A stretch of DNA of 31,298 nt from the NCBI GenBank assembly GCA_017861095.1, contig JAGFXI010000004.1, positions 1-31,298 of the forward strand. Reading direction: 5' to 3'. Origin of the DNA: Deltaproteobacteria bacterium (lineage in GTDB: Bacteria; Desulfobacterota; Syntrophobacteria; BM002). Shown in pieces: positions 1 to 10,318 of the stretch (its first letter is position 1; each line of letters opens with the position of its first letter). The translations under genes and the position numbers were made by a program. A model generated the notes under the pieces. It ran no database searches. It was not told where the DNA came from and saw only the letters and a program-made list of their open reading frames with translations.

Positions 1-1
1 T

Positions 2-1156
2 TTGAAACGAATCGTCATTCTCGGCTCGACCGGGTCCATCGGTCGGAGCGCCCTCTGGGTGGCGGAGCGGTTTCCTGACCGCTTTCAGGTGGTGGGGCTC
101 GGAGCGGGGAAGAACATCGACCTTCTGGCGGAACAGGTCCAGCGCTTCCGTCCCCGAGTGGTTTCCGTTCTTACCGCCGAGCTCGCCGGAGATCTCCGCC
201 GTCGCCTGCCTCCGAGAACCGAGGTCCTGGCCGGCCTCAGCGGCTACCAGGAGGTGGCCGCTCTTCCTGAGTCGGACCTTGTCCTCTCGGCCATGGTGGG
301 CGCTGCGGGTCTCACGCCCACCCTCGCAGCTCTCCGCGCCGGAAAGGATGTGGCCCTCGCCAACAAGGAGACACTGGTCATGGCCGGCGACCTGGTGACC
401 ACTGAGGTCGGGCGGCACCAGGTGACGCTCCTCCCCGTGGACAGTGAGCATAGCGCCATCTTCCAGGCTCTGACCGGGCACCGCCGGCAGGATCTCAAGC
501 GTATCATCCTGACCGCCTCGGGCGGTCCGTTCCTCCACGCCAGCCTGGAGGAACTTCAACGCGTGACTCCCACTCAGGCCCTGGCCCACCCCAACTGGCG
601 CATGGGCCCGAAGGTCACAATCGACTCGGCCACCCTCATGAACAAGGGTCTCGAAGTCATTGAGGCGAGGTGGCTCTTTGATCTTGAGATATCCCAGATC
701 GGGGTCGCCATTCATCCTCAGAGCATCGTCCACTCCCTGGTGGAGTACGTGGACGGATCCGTGATCGCCCAGCTCGGGATCCCGGACATGCGGATTCCCA
801 TCGCCTATGCCCTATCGTATCCGGAACGATTGCCCCTCGATCTCCCGCCCCTGGATCTTCTGGCGGTGCAGACCCTCACCTTCCTTGAGCCGGACCGGGC
901 CCGGTTCCCCTGTCTCGGTCTGGCCTTTGCCGCCCTCAAGGCTGGGGGCACCATGCCGGCGGTGCTGAACGCGGCCAACGAGGTCGCGGTGGAGGCCTTC
1001 CTAAGCGGACGAATACCCTTCCTTGCCATTGGCGAAGTGGTGGAGGAGACGCTGGGTCGGCATCGGCCCAGCCCTACAGTAGAGGTCGAGGTCGTCGTGA
1101 GCGCCGACCGATGGGCACGGGAGGAGGCGGGCCGGATCACGGAGCGCCTGCGCTGA
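2..1156 (+). CDS. dxr: 1-deoxy-D-xylulose 5-phosphate reductoisomerase
   Basis: ILGSTGSIG nucleotide-binding start, LANKE, PVDSEH, TASGGPF and HPNWRMGPKVTIDSATLMNKGLE motifs. TTG start sits at the window edge. Confidence 0.98.
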   Translation: MKRIVILGSTGSIGRSALWVAERFPDRFQVVGLGAGKNIDLLAEQVQRFRPRVVSVLTAELAGDLRRRLPPRTEVLAGLSGYQEVAALPESDLVLSAMVGAAGLTPTLAALRAGKDVALANKETLVMAGDLVTTEVGRHQVTLLPVDSEHSAIFQALTGHRRQDLKRIILTASGGPFLHASLEELQRVTPTQALAHPNWRMGPKVTIDSATLMNKGLEVIEARWLFDLEISQIGVAIHPQSIVHSLVEYVDGSVIAQLGIPDMRIPIAYALSYPERLPLDLPPLDLLAVQTLTFLEPDRARFPCLGLAFAALKAGGTMPAVLNAANEVAVEAFLSGRIPFLAIGEVVEETLGRHRPSPTVEVEVVVSADRWAREEAGRITERLR

Positions 1157-1331
1157 GCATCTTTGGCCTGCAGGCATCCGGAGTTGATACGATGCATGTG
1201 ACCGCCGAATGGATCACGAGGGGGCGAGGGTGGTTCCAAACTTGCAGAGGGCCACGGGGATGATTATCCCTTGTGCATCTTTGGCAGGACGCGCCGAGCA
1301 CCGTACCTGAAACATAAGGAGCCGTGAAATC

Positions 1332-2432
1332 TTGGAAGCACTTATAGACTTTCTTCGTACGTTCATAGCCTTCGTGGTTTCCCTGGGAATCCTCATCTTC
1401 ATTCACGAGTTCGGCCACTTTCTCGCCGCCAAACTATCGGGGGTCAACGTCGAACGTTTTTCTCTCGGCTTTGGGCCACGTCTCTTGGGAAAAAGGTGGC
1501 GGGAGACCGACTACCGCATCTCCGCCCTCCCTCTCGGCGGCTACGTCAAGATGCTCGGCGAGGCGGCCGACGAAGAGGTGCCCGAGGAGCTGCGGCACGC
1601 CTCTTTCTCCCATCAGCCTCTCGTTCGCCGGGTTGCCATTGTTGCCTGCGGGCCCCTTTTCAATATCCTCCTCGCCTTCCTCGTCTATACCTTCACCTTT
1701 GCTCTCTTCGGCCTCGCCCGCCCCTCCACCGATGTAGGTTCGGTGAGCCCCGATTCCGCCGCCGCCAACGCCGGCATTCAAGCGGGCGACAAGGTGCTCG
1801 CTGTTGACGGGGTCCCGGTCCAGGAGTGGAGTCAGCTTTCCGATTTGATTCAGAAGGCGGGAGACCGGCCCGTCGAGATCCGACTACAACGGGGCTCCGA
1901 GGTGCTCACCTTTCGAATCATCCCCGAGATGAGGAAGACAACAAACCTGCTCGGTGAGGAGATCCAGCGGCCCCTCATCGGCATCGTCGCCTCGGGCAAG
2001 GTGAACGTGGAAGAGATCAATCCATTTCAGGCCCTCTACTACGGCGCCGATCAGACCTGGCAGGTCGTCAAGCTTACCTTCATCGTCATCGGCAAGTTGT
2101 TCCAGGGCGCGATCTCGCCGCGAACCCTTGCCGGTCCCATCGGCATTGCCCAGATGTCGGGACAGGTGGCCGAGGCCGGCGCCGCAGCCTTTCTCTCATT
2201 CCTGGCGCTCCTCAGTATCAACCTCGGGATTCTGAACCTGCTTCCCATCCCGGTGCTCGACGGCGGTCACCTCCTCTTCTTTCTGATCGAGGCGGTCATG
2301 GGGAGACCCCTGAGCATCCGGAAGCGGGAGATGGCTCAGCAGGCCGGCCTCTTCCTGCTCATCCTGCTCATGGTTTTCGTGTTCTACAACGACATCCACC
2401 GACTCATCTATCCCGGAAGGTTTACGCCCTAG
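1332..2432 (+). CDS. rseP: RIP metalloprotease RseP (site-2 protease with PDZ domain)
   Basis: HEFGH zinc motif, FSLGFGP, PDZ-like segment (SAAANAGIQAGDKV), NLLPIPVLDGGH. Canonical position after dxr. Confidence 0.96.
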   Translation: MEALIDFLRTFIAFVVSLGILIFIHEFGHFLAAKLSGVNVERFSLGFGPRLLGKRWRETDYRISALPLGGYVKMLGEAADEEVPEELRHASFSHQPLVRRVAIVACGPLFNILLAFLVYTFTFALFGLARPSTDVGSVSPDSAAANAGIQAGDKVLAVDGVPVQEWSQLSDLIQKAGDRPVEIRLQRGSEVLTFRIIPEMRKTTNLLGEEIQRPLIGIVASGKVNVEEINPFQALYYGADQTWQVVKLTFIVIGKLFQGAISPRTLAGPIGIAQMSGQVAEAGAAAFLSFLALLSINLGILNLLPIPVLDGGHLLFFLIEAVMGRPLSIRKREMAQQAGLFLLILLMVFVFYNDIHRLIYPGRFTP

Positions 2433-2449
2433 AGAACAGCATAGAGGCC

Positions 2450-3139
2450 GTGAAGATCCTCGCCGTCGACACCTCAACCTCCGTCGGGACCATCGCCCTC
2501 GTGGATGGGCCGGTAGTGCGGGCTGAGCTCGCCCTCAACGTGAATGCCACCCACAACCAGCGCCTCCTGCCCGGAATCCACCGCCTCCTTACCGACGTCG
2601 GCTGGCCCCTCGAAGATCTGGACGGCCTGGCCATCGGCCTCGGTCCCGGGAGTTTCACCGGCCTTCGGATCGGGATGAGTGTGATGAAAGGCCTCGCCTT
2701 CGCCACCGGGAAACCTCTGGCGGGGGTGCCGACACTGGATGCACTGGCCGCCAATGTTGCACTTGTTCCCTGGACCATCTGTCCGGTCATGGACGCCCGG
2801 AAGGGTGAAGTGTACACCGCCCTCTATCGAGGCGGCGAGGGCCACGAACTGGAAAGGCTCACGCCGTACCGGTTGATGAAACCCCAGTCTCTCGCCGAGT
2901 TCATCACGGGGAAGACGGTGCTTCTCGGGGATGGTCTCCTCCGCTATGGCGATGTTCTCGCAGCCGGGCTGGGGGATCGCTTGGTGCGGGCGCCCGCTCA
3001 CCTTAACGCCGTTCGCGGCGCCGCCATCGGTTGGCTCGCCATGGAACGCCTGCACCGCGGGCTAGCTGAGGAGATCTCGACCTGCACTCCTCTCTACGTT
3101 CGCCCCTCGGAGGCCGAGCTCGCCCGTAGGAGCCGCTAG
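2450..3139 (+). CDS. tsaB: tRNA threonylcarbamoyladenosine biosynthesis protein TsaB
   Basis: MKILAVDTS, GLGPGSFTGLRIG, DARKGEVY and C-terminal PLYVRPSEAE motifs. Confidence 0.96.
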   Translation: MKILAVDTSTSVGTIALVDGPVVRAELALNVNATHNQRLLPGIHRLLTDVGWPLEDLDGLAIGLGPGSFTGLRIGMSVMKGLAFATGKPLAGVPTLDALAANVALVPWTICPVMDARKGEVYTALYRGGEGHELERLTPYRLMKPQSLAEFITGKTVLLGDGLLRYGDVLAAGLGDRLVRAPAHLNAVRGAAIGWLAMERLHRGLAEEISTCTPLYVRPSEAELARRSR

Positions 3140-3154
3140 CCCGCGTTATCTCTG

Positions 3155-3183
3155 TTGACAAAACCTTGCCAATTGCATAGATA
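3155..3183 (+). promoter_or_regulatory. sigma70-type promoter for the DUF465-ilv-psd-pssA-leu cluster
   Basis: Perfect -35 TTGACA (3155-3160), 17-nt spacer, TAGATA (3178-3183), in an AT-rich gap after tsaB. Confidence 0.65.
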
Positions 3184-3262
3184 TATTTTTTACTTCAGAT
3201 GGCGACCTTTCAGCCGACAAATCCAGCTGTTCTTTCGCGCGTGCACGCAGAGAGGTTTGCAG

Positions 3263-3490
3263 ATGGAGAAATGGGATGAAGAACTCATTGCCCGGCTTCT
3301 TCCTCACGACGAAGAGCTTCGCAAGCAGGTGGCAGCACATCGGAAGTACGAAGAGCAGCTCGAAGAGTTCAACCGCCGGCCCTACCTTACCACGGAAGAA
3401 GCCATGGAGAAAAAACGGATCCAGAAACTCAAACTGGCCGGCCGAGATAAGATCGAGGCCATCCTGGCAAGGTATCGACAGCAGAGTTGA
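3263..3490 (+). CDS. small coiled-coil protein, DUF465/YdcH-like (75 aa)
   Basis: MEKWDEELI...H..YEEQLEEF...EKKRIQKLKLAGRDKI pattern. AGAGG RBS before ATG 3263; ilvB starts 3 nt after its stop. Confidence 0.75.
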   Translation: MEKWDEELIARLLPHDEELRKQVAAHRKYEEQLEEFNRRPYLTTEEAMEKKRIQKLKLAGRDKIEAILARYRQQS

Positions 3491-3493
3491 GCC

Positions 3494-5182
3494 ATGAAAC
3501 TGAGCGGAGCCCAGATATTCTTCGAGTGCCTGAAGGCCGAGGGCGTGGACACGATCTTCGGGTTTCCGGGCGGCGCCGTTATCGACCTGTACGACGAGAT
3601 GGGGAAGCACGAGATCCGCCACATCCTCGTGCGCCACGAGCAGGGCGCCATCCACATGGCGGACGGCTACGCCCGGGCCACGGGACGTGTCGGGGTGTGT
3701 CTCGTTACCTCCGGCCCCGGAGCCACCAACACCGTCACCGGTGTTGCCACGGCCTGCATGGATTCCATCCCGGTGGTGATCTTCACCGGTCAGGTGCCCA
3801 CCCACCTCATCGGCAACGACGCCTTCCAGGAGGTGGACATCATCGGGATTACCCGTCCCTGCACCAAGCACAACTATCTGGTGAAGGACGTAGCCGATCT
3901 GGCCCGGATCATTCGGGAGGCCTTCTACCTGGCGAGCTCCGGAAGGCCCGGGCCGGTCTTGGTGGATCTTCCCAAGGACGTGGTCAGCAGCAAGACCGAG
4001 TTCAAGTACCCCAGGAAGGTGGTCCTCCGGGGTTACAAACCCACCTATGAGGCCCACATGGGGCAGATCAAGCGGGCCTACGACGAGATCGCGAGCGCCA
4101 AGCGGCCGGTGATCTACGCCGGCGGCGGGGTCATCCATTCCAATGCCGCCAAGGAGCTTCACCAGTTCGGGGAGACCATGAGGTGCCCGGTGACCACGAC
4201 CCTCATGGGGCTCGGCGGCTTCCCTGCTCCCCATGAACTCTGGCTGGGCATGCTGGGGATGCACGGCACCTTTCGGGCCAATATGGCGGTGGCGCACTCG
4301 GATCTCCTCATCGCCATCGGCGCCCGGTTCGACGACCGGGTCACAGGGAAGATCGCCGAGTTCGCACCCGAGGCGAAGATCATCCACGTGGACATCGATC
4401 CCACCTCCATCAGCAAGAACGTCCTCGTGGACATCCCCATCGTGGGTGACTGCAAGGATGCCCTCAAGAAGCTGCTCCACCTGGCCGAAGAGCACCCTAC
4501 CAAGAACCTGGAGACTGCTAGGAAGCCATGGTTGGATCAAATCGAGAAGTGGCGACAGACTTATCCTCTGGCCTACGAGCAGGGACCGGACGTCATCAGG
4601 CCCCAGTTCGTGGTGGAGAAGATCTACGAGTTCTCGAAGAGTAAAGCCATCATCACTACCGAGGTGGGCCAGAACCAGATGTGGACCGCCCAGTACTACC
4701 ACTTCGCCGAGCCGCGAACTCTCCTTACTTCGGGCGGTCTGGGTACCATGGGCTACGGCTTCCCGGCAGCCATCGGCGCCCAGGCGGCCTTTCCCGATCG
4801 GCTGGTCATCGATATCGCCGGCGACGGCAGCATTCAGATGTGCATCCAGGAACTCATTGTCGCCGTGGAGAACAACTTTCCGGTCAAGATTGCCATTCTC
4901 AACAACCAGTACCTGGGGATGGTGCGGCAGTGGCAGCAGCACTTCTACGATCGCCGGTACTCCCAGACCTGCCTCAGCGCCGCTCCCGATTTTGTGAAGC
5001 TGGCCGAGGCCTATGGAGCCGTAGGACTTCGCGCTATGAAACCGAGCGAGGTGGAACCGGTCATTCGCGAGGCCTTCGCCACACCGAGACCGGTCATCAT
5101 GGACTTCGTCGTCAACCCGGAAGAGTGTGTCTACCCCATGGTCCCTGCGGGAGCTCCCATGACGGAGATGCTCCTCGTCTAG
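3494..5182 (+). CDS. ilvB: acetolactate synthase large subunit, biosynthetic type
   Basis: [37 protein letters not shown]...NN ThDP motif and C-terminal PMVPAG. Confidence 0.98.
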   Translation: MKLSGAQIFFECLKAEGVDTIFGFPGGAVIDLYDEMGKHEIRHILVRHEQGAIHMADGYARATGRVGVCLVTSGPGATNTVTGVATACMDSIPVVIFTGQVPTHLIGNDAFQEVDIIGITRPCTKHNYLVKDVADLARIIREAFYLASSGRPGPVLVDLPKDVVSSKTEFKYPRKVVLRGYKPTYEAHMGQIKRAYDEIASAKRPVIYAGGGVIHSNAAKELHQFGETMRCPVTTTLMGLGGFPAPHELWLGMLGMHGTFRANMAVAHSDLLIAIGARFDDRVTGKIAEFAPEAKIIHVDIDPTSISKNVLVDIPIVGDCKDALKKLLHLAEEHPTKNLETARKPWLDQIEKWRQTYPLAYEQGPDVIRPQFVVEKIYEFSKSKAIITTEVGQNQMWTAQYYHFAEPRTLLTSGGLGTMGYGFPAAIGAQAAFPDRLVIDIAGDGSIQMCIQELIVAVENNFPVKIAILNNQYLGMVRQWQQHFYDRRYSQTCLSAAPDFVKLAEAYGAVGLRAMKPSEVEPVIREAFATPRPVIMDFVVNPEECVYPMVPAGAPMTEMLLV

Positions 5183-5218
5183 ATTCCATCCGGAGACCGC
5201 TCGTCACCTGTGTGTCCT

Positions 5219-5731
5219 ATGTCAACATCGAATCAGAAAAATGAAGACCTGCGCCACACCCTCGGGGTCCTGGTGGAGAATCAGCCCGGCGTGCTCTCTC
5301 GGGTGGCCGGGCTCTTCAGCGGGCGGGGCTTCAACATCGAGAGCCTCACGGTGGCCGAGACAATCGATCCGGAGATCTCCCGCATCACCCTGGTAACCAG
5401 CGGCAACGAGCAGATCATGGAGCAGATCATCAAACAGCTCCGCAAGCTCGTAAACGTCATCAAGGTGATCGACTTCCGCGAGGTGGAGTTCGTCGACCGG
5501 GAGATGGCCCTCATCAAGGTCAAGGCCGAGGCCACGACCCGGGCCGAGGCGCTCAGGATCGTCGATATCTTCCGGGGTAAGGTGGTGGACGTGAGCCCTA
5601 CCTCCTATACCATCGAGGTGACCGGCGACGGGAAGAAGATCGAGGCGATCACCGAACTCCTCCAGCACCTCGGGATCATCGAGATCGTGAGAACCGGCAA
5701 GGCTGCCATCGCCCGGAGCAAGAAGACGTAG
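5219..5731 (+). CDS. ilvN: acetolactate synthase small (regulatory) subunit
   Basis: ACT domain LVENQPGVLSRVAGLFSGRGFNIESL and C-terminal EIVRTG. Start could be 5210 or 5219. Confidence 0.97.
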   Translation: MSTSNQKNEDLRHTLGVLVENQPGVLSRVAGLFSGRGFNIESLTVAETIDPEISRITLVTSGNEQIMEQIIKQLRKLVNVIKVIDFREVEFVDREMALIKVKAEATTRAEALRIVDIFRGKVVDVSPTSYTIEVTGDGKKIEAITELLQHLGIIEIVRTGKAAIARSKKT

Positions 5732-5843
5732 CCCGCCTGCCGATGGAGATCCCCCGCGACCGGTGAAGCTGAAACGATGAGATCGTACCTTCATACCTGT
5801 GTGACCCCAGCGTAACGCTGACTACGGAGAGAGGAGACCGGAG

Positions 5844-6839
5844 ATGAAGATTTACTACGAAGCAGATGCCGACTTGAGGAAATTCAAAGGGAAGAAGGTT
5901 GCCATCATCGGCTACGGCAGTCAGGGCCACGCCCAGGCTCTCAACCTGAGGGACAGCGGCGTGGAGGTCATCGTTGCCGAGCTGAAGGATACTGCGAATT
6001 ACAAGCTCGCCAAGAAGCACGGCTTCAAACCCGCCACCGCCGCCAAGGCCTCAAGCCAAGCCGAAATCGTCCAGATCCTCGCCCAGGATAACGTTCAGGC
6101 CCAGCTCTATCGTGAGGAGGTCGCCCCCCACATGACCAAGGGGAAAACCCTGGTCTTTTCCCACGGCTTCAACATTCATTTCGGCCAGATCGTTCCCGCA
6201 ACCCATCTAGATGTTGTCATGATAGCACCCAAGGGCCCCGGCCATCTTGTGCGGAGCGAGTATGAGAAGGGCGCCGGAGTGCCCTCCCTCGTTGCTATCC
6301 ACCGGGATGCCTCAGGGCACGCCTTGGAGACCGCCCTCGCCTATGCCAAGGGGATCGGCGCCACCCGGGCCGGAGTTATCCACACCACCTTCAAGGAGGA
6401 GACCGAGACAGACCTGTTCGGTGAGCAGGCGGTCCTTTGCGGCGGTGTTTCCGAGTTGGTAAAGGCCGGGTTCGACACGCTGGTCGAGGCGGGTTATCAG
6501 CCTGAGATAGCCTACTTTGAGTGCCTCCACGAGCTCAAGCTCATCGTCGACCTCTTCTACCAGGGCGGTATCTCCTACATGCGCTACTCGGTCAGCGATA
6601 CCGCCGAGTACGGAGACTACACTCGCGGTCGCCGCATCATCAGCGACGAGACCCGGGAAGAGATGCGCGAGATTCTCGCTGAGGTCCAAAGCGGCGAGTT
6701 CGCCCGGGAATGGATACTGGAGAACCAAGCCGGTCGACCGGTATATAACGCCTTGCGCAAGATGGAGAGTGAGCATCCCATCGAGGAGGTCGGCGCGAAG
6801 CTCCGAGCCATGATGCCCTGGCTGAAAAAACCCGAATAA
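5844..6839 (+). CDS. ilvC: ketol-acid reductoisomerase
   Basis: [50 protein letters not shown]. Confidence 0.99.
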   Translation: MKIYYEADADLRKFKGKKVAIIGYGSQGHAQALNLRDSGVEVIVAELKDTANYKLAKKHGFKPATAAKASSQAEIVQILAQDNVQAQLYREEVAPHMTKGKTLVFSHGFNIHFGQIVPATHLDVVMIAPKGPGHLVRSEYEKGAGVPSLVAIHRDASGHALETALAYAKGIGATRAGVIHTTFKEETETDLFGEQAVLCGGVSELVKAGFDTLVEAGYQPEIAYFECLHELKLIVDLFYQGGISYMRYSVSDTAEYGDYTRGRRIISDETREEMREILAEVQSGEFAREWILENQAGRPVYNALRKMESEHPIEEVGAKLRAMMPWLKKPE

Positions 6840-6867
6840 CACACCGCCTGAGTGTGCCAACTGACCT

Positions 6868-7545
6868 ATGGAGCACCTGCCGATCGCGAAGCAAGGGTTC
6901 GTCTCCATCGCCGTGCTGGGGGCCCTTTTCCTTGCCTCCGCCCTGGCCGGATGGCAGTTTGTCGCGGCAGCCTCTTTGCTTGCGACCGGCCTAGTGGTAA
7001 ACTTCTTCCGCGACCCGGAGCGGACTGTCCCCGCCGATCCGAGTGCGGTGGTGGCGCCGGCGGACGGAAAAATCATCTTCATAGGGAAGGTCGTCGAGGA
7101 TCGTTTTATCCACCGCGAGACTCTGAAGATCAGCATCTTCATGAACGTCTTCAACGTGCACGTCAACCGGGTTCCCTTCTCCGGTGAGATCACCAACATT
7201 CACTACGAGAAGGGAAAGTTCCTCGCCGCCAACCTGGACAAGGCCTCCCGGGACAATGAGCACAACGCCGTAGTGCTCCGGGTTGCAAGCGGTGATGTGA
7301 TGGCCTTCGTCCAGATCGCCGGCCTCATCGCCCGCCGCATCGACTGCTGGGTGAAGCCCGGAGACCGGGTCGAGCGGGGCGAGCGATTCGGCATGATCCG
7401 CTTTGGCTCGCGGGTGGATCTGTATGTGCCTCCGACCTGGCGGCTCGCCGTGGCAACGGGCCAGCACGTGAAAGCGGGAGAGAGCATCGTATGTTACTCC
7501 GGAAACGACCCAAGAGACGAAAGCCCAGGAAGCCCCGGGAACTGA
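6868..7545 (+). CDS. psd: phosphatidylserine decarboxylase proenzyme (short type)
   Basis: FFRDPER, APADG, FMNVFNVHVNR and IRFGSRVD self-cleavage motif. Paired with pssA. Confidence 0.95.
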   Translation: MEHLPIAKQGFVSIAVLGALFLASALAGWQFVAAASLLATGLVVNFFRDPERTVPADPSAVVAPADGKIIFIGKVVEDRFIHRETLKISIFMNVFNVHVNRVPFSGEITNIHYEKGKFLAANLDKASRDNEHNAVVLRVASGDVMAFVQIAGLIARRIDCWVKPGDRVERGERFGMIRFGSRVDLYVPPTWRLAVATGQHVKAGESIVCYSGNDPRDESPGSPGN

Positions 7546-8306
7546 AGCGGGGTATCTACATCCTTCCCAATCTCTTCACCACCGGGAATCTCTTTTGCGG
7601 CTTTTTCGCCATCGCAGCCGCCGTGAACTACAAGTTCAAGACGGCGGCAGTGGCGATTCTCGTCTCCTGCCTCTTCGACATTCTCGATGGAAAGGTGGCG
7701 CGCCTCACCAACTCGCAGAGCCGTTTCGGCGTGGAATACGACTCTCTTGCCGACCTTGTCGCCTTCGGCGTGGCCCCGGCCGTGGTCATGTACCTCTGGG
7801 CGCTGCAGCCTTTCGGCCGCCTTGGATGGGTGGCCGCCTTTCTTTTCGTCGCTTGCGGCGCTCTCCGCCTGGCGCGGTTCAACGTGCAGGTGAATTCCGT
7901 CCCCAAGAAGTACTTTGTTGGCCTCCCCATCCCGGGAGCCGCTTGTATGGTGGCCACCACGGTCCTCTTTCTCCATCACCTGGGGGAAAACGGCCCCACC
8001 AAACACTTTTTGCTCCTTGCAATGACCTACCTGCTTGGATTCCTCATGGTCAGCACCATCCCTTACAACAGCTTCAAAGAGCTCAACCGCCTGCAGCGGA
8101 TGCCCTTCCGGTCACTGTTCTTAGCGGTTCTGGTCCTCTCGGTGGTTGCTGCCCAGCCCGCCGTTATGCTCTTCACCCTAGTGGGTCTCTACCTGGTTTC
8201 CGGGCCCTTTGAATATCTCCGGAAGCTGGCGAAGCGCGGCTCCCGACTTCCCGAGGAAGCGCCGCGGGAGCAGCCAATTCAGGTCCAGCCTGGGGTCGAG
8301 CAGTGA
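7491..8306 (+). CDS. pssA: CDP-diacylglycerol--serine O-phosphatidyltransferase
   Basis: LPNLFT, CDP-alcohol motif DILDGKVAR...FGVEYDSLAD, LRLARFN, FVGLPIP. The exact start overlapping psd is uncertain. Confidence 0.95.
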   Translation: MLLRKRPKRRKPRKPRELKRGIYILPNLFTTGNLFCGFFAIAAAVNYKFKTAAVAILVSCLFDILDGKVARLTNSQSRFGVEYDSLADLVAFGVAPAVVMYLWALQPFGRLGWVAAFLFVACGALRLARFNVQVNSVPKKYFVGLPIPGAACMVATTVLFLHHLGENGPTKHFLLLAMTYLLGFLMVSTIPYNSFKELNRLQRMPFRSLFLAVLVLSVVAAQPAVMLFTLVGLYLVSGPFEYLRKLAKRGSRLPEEAPREQPIQVQPGVEQ

Positions 8307-8423
8307 AGGCGCCATGACCCAGGAGACGGACGCCCTCGGCGGGTTTGACCCCGTAGGTCAAGATCGCTTGCTCCCAGTTTTGTCGTCCGCCTCTGGCTCC
8401 CAACCTGCGAGGTTGATTACACC

Positions 8424-9683
8424 ATGGGAATGACTATCAGCGAAAAGATCCTCGCCGCTCACGCCAGGAAGGACCGTGTGGTGCCCGGGGAGCTCATCGA
8501 AGTGGATGTGGACTTCGCCCTTGCGAACGACATCACCGCGCCCATCGCCATCGACCGGTTCAGGCGGGCGGGTGCGAAAAAGGTCTTCGACCCCGAGCGG
8601 CTCGCCCTTGTCCCTGACCATTTCGTGCCCAACAAGGACATCGATTCGGCCATTCAGTGTAAACTCCTCCGCGACTTCGCCCGGGAGCACGGTCTCCGGT
8701 ACTATTTCGAGGTAGGTCGCATGGGGATCGAGCACGCCCTCCTGCCGGAGCAGGGCCTTGTCGTGCCCGGCGATGTGGTCGTGGGTGCCGACAGCCACAC
8801 CTGTACGTACGGTGCCGTCGGCGCCTTCGCCACCGGCGTCGGGAGCACGGACCTCGCCGCCGTCATGATCACCGGCAGGATCTGGTTCCGCGTTCCCTCG
8901 ACTATCAAGTTCGTGTATGAGGGTGAGCTGCGCCCTTGGGTTACGGGGAAAGATCTGATCCTCTATACTATCGGCCAAATCGGCGTGGAGGGTGCCCGCT
9001 ACCGGGCCATGGAGTTCACAGGTTCCGCCGTCGGGGAGCTCTCTATGGATCAGCGTCTGACCATGGCCAACATGGCCATCGAAGCGGGCGCCAAGAACGG
9101 TATCATCGCCCCCGATATGGTGACGCGGGTCTACGTCGATGACCGGGCTCGGCGTCCCGCCCGGTACTATGAGAGCGATCCGGACGCGAGCTACGATGAG
9201 GTGATCCCCATCGATGTAAGTACGATAGAGCCCCAGGTTGCCGTTCCCCACTCGCCCGCGAACGCCAGGCCCGTGAACGAGGTGGGCCGTATCCCCATCC
9301 ACCAGGTCGTCATCGGCTCCTGCACCAACGGCCGCATCGAAGACCTGCGTCTTGCGGCGGAGGTGCTTAAGGGGCGACGAGTGGCCCCTGGAGTGCGCTG
9401 CCTCATCATCCCGGCGACCCAGGCTATCTACCGCCAGGCCATGGAGGAAGGCCTCTTCACCACCTTCCTGGAGGCGGAGGCCGCCATCAGCACGCCCACC
9501 TGCGGGCCCTGTCTCGGCGGCCATATGGGCATCCTGGCTCCGGGTGAGCGGGCGGTGGCCACGACCAACCGGAACTTCGTCGGCCGCATGGGTCACCCGC
9601 AGAGCGAGGTCTACCTGAGCTCACCGGCGGTGGCCGCCGCCTCGGCCGTCCTCGGCCGCATCGGAAGCCCCGCGGAGCTCTGA
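8424..9683 (+). CDS. leuC: 3-isopropylmalate dehydratase large subunit (short, homoaconitase-like LeuC type)
   Basis: MGMTISEKIL, DSHTCTYGA, IGSCTNGR, CGPCLGGH Fe-S ligands and TTNRNFVGRMG. Confidence 0.95.
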   Translation: MGMTISEKILAAHARKDRVVPGELIEVDVDFALANDITAPIAIDRFRRAGAKKVFDPERLALVPDHFVPNKDIDSAIQCKLLRDFAREHGLRYYFEVGRMGIEHALLPEQGLVVPGDVVVGADSHTCTYGAVGAFATGVGSTDLAAVMITGRIWFRVPSTIKFVYEGELRPWVTGKDLILYTIGQIGVEGARYRAMEFTGSAVGELSMDQRLTMANMAIEAGAKNGIIAPDMVTRVYVDDRARRPARYYESDPDASYDEVIPIDVSTIEPQVAVPHSPANARPVNEVGRIPIHQVVIGSCTNGRIEDLRLAAEVLKGRRVAPGVRCLIIPATQAIYRQAMEEGLFTTFLEAEAAISTPTCGPCLGGHMGILAPGERAVATTNRNFVGRMGHPQSEVYLSSPAVAAASAVLGRIGSPAEL

Positions 9684-9761
9684 GGCATCGGGGGTCTTGG
9701 AAGGCTCGGGGACCGCTAGATCTAACCACCCGCTCGTCCCGGTTGTCGGGCGGCTTCCCAA

Positions 9762-9792
9762 TCCCCTTTTTCAAGGGGGCCGAGGGGAATTC
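9762..9792. repeat. short REP-like palindromic element in the leuC-leuD spacer
   Basis: TCCCCTTTTTCAAGGGGGCCGAGGGGAATT: C-run/G-run hairpin followed by a second G-run. A looser version lies at 20707-20734. Confidence 0.35.
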
Positions 9793-9796
9793 GAAG

Positions 9797-10318
9797 ATGA
9801 TCCTCAAAGGAAAAGCCTGGAAATTCGGTGCCGACGTGGATACCGACCTCATCATCCCGGCCCGTTACCTGAACACCTCCGACCCAAAGGGGCTGGCCAA
9901 GCACTGCATGGAGGACGCCGATCCGGCGTTCGCCGGTAAGGTCTCGTCCGGCGACTTGATCGTAGCCGGGAACAACTTCGGCTGCGGTTCTTCCCGTGAA
10001 CACGCTCCCATCGCGATCAAGGCGGCCGGAGTCTCCTGCGTTGTCGCCGCGAGCTTCGCCCGCATTTTCTACCGGAACGCCTTCAACCTAGGGCTTCCCA
10101 TCCTCGAATCACCCGAGGCCGCGGAGGCCGTGAAGACCGGCGACGAGCTCGAGGTGGACCTCGCCACCGGAAAGATCACCAACCTGAGCCAAGATCGCAC
10201 CTACCAGGCCCAGCCAGTCCCTCCCTTCATGCAGGAACTCCTTGCCGCGGGCGGCCTGATGCCTTACGTGATGAAGAGATTGGCAGGCGGAGGAGAATGG
10301 CATGGCAAAGTCTTATAA
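9797..10318 (+). CDS. leuD: 3-isopropylmalate dehydratase small subunit
   Basis: [49 protein letters not shown] 9797 follows GAGGGG. Confidence 0.96.
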   Translation: MILKGKAWKFGADVDTDLIIPARYLNTSDPKGLAKHCMEDADPAFAGKVSSGDLIVAGNNFGCGSSREHAPIAIKAAGVSCVVAASFARIFYRNAFNLGLPILESPEAAEAVKTGDELEVDLATGKITNLSQDRTYQAQPVPPFMQELLAAGGLMPYVMKRLAGGGEWHGKVL

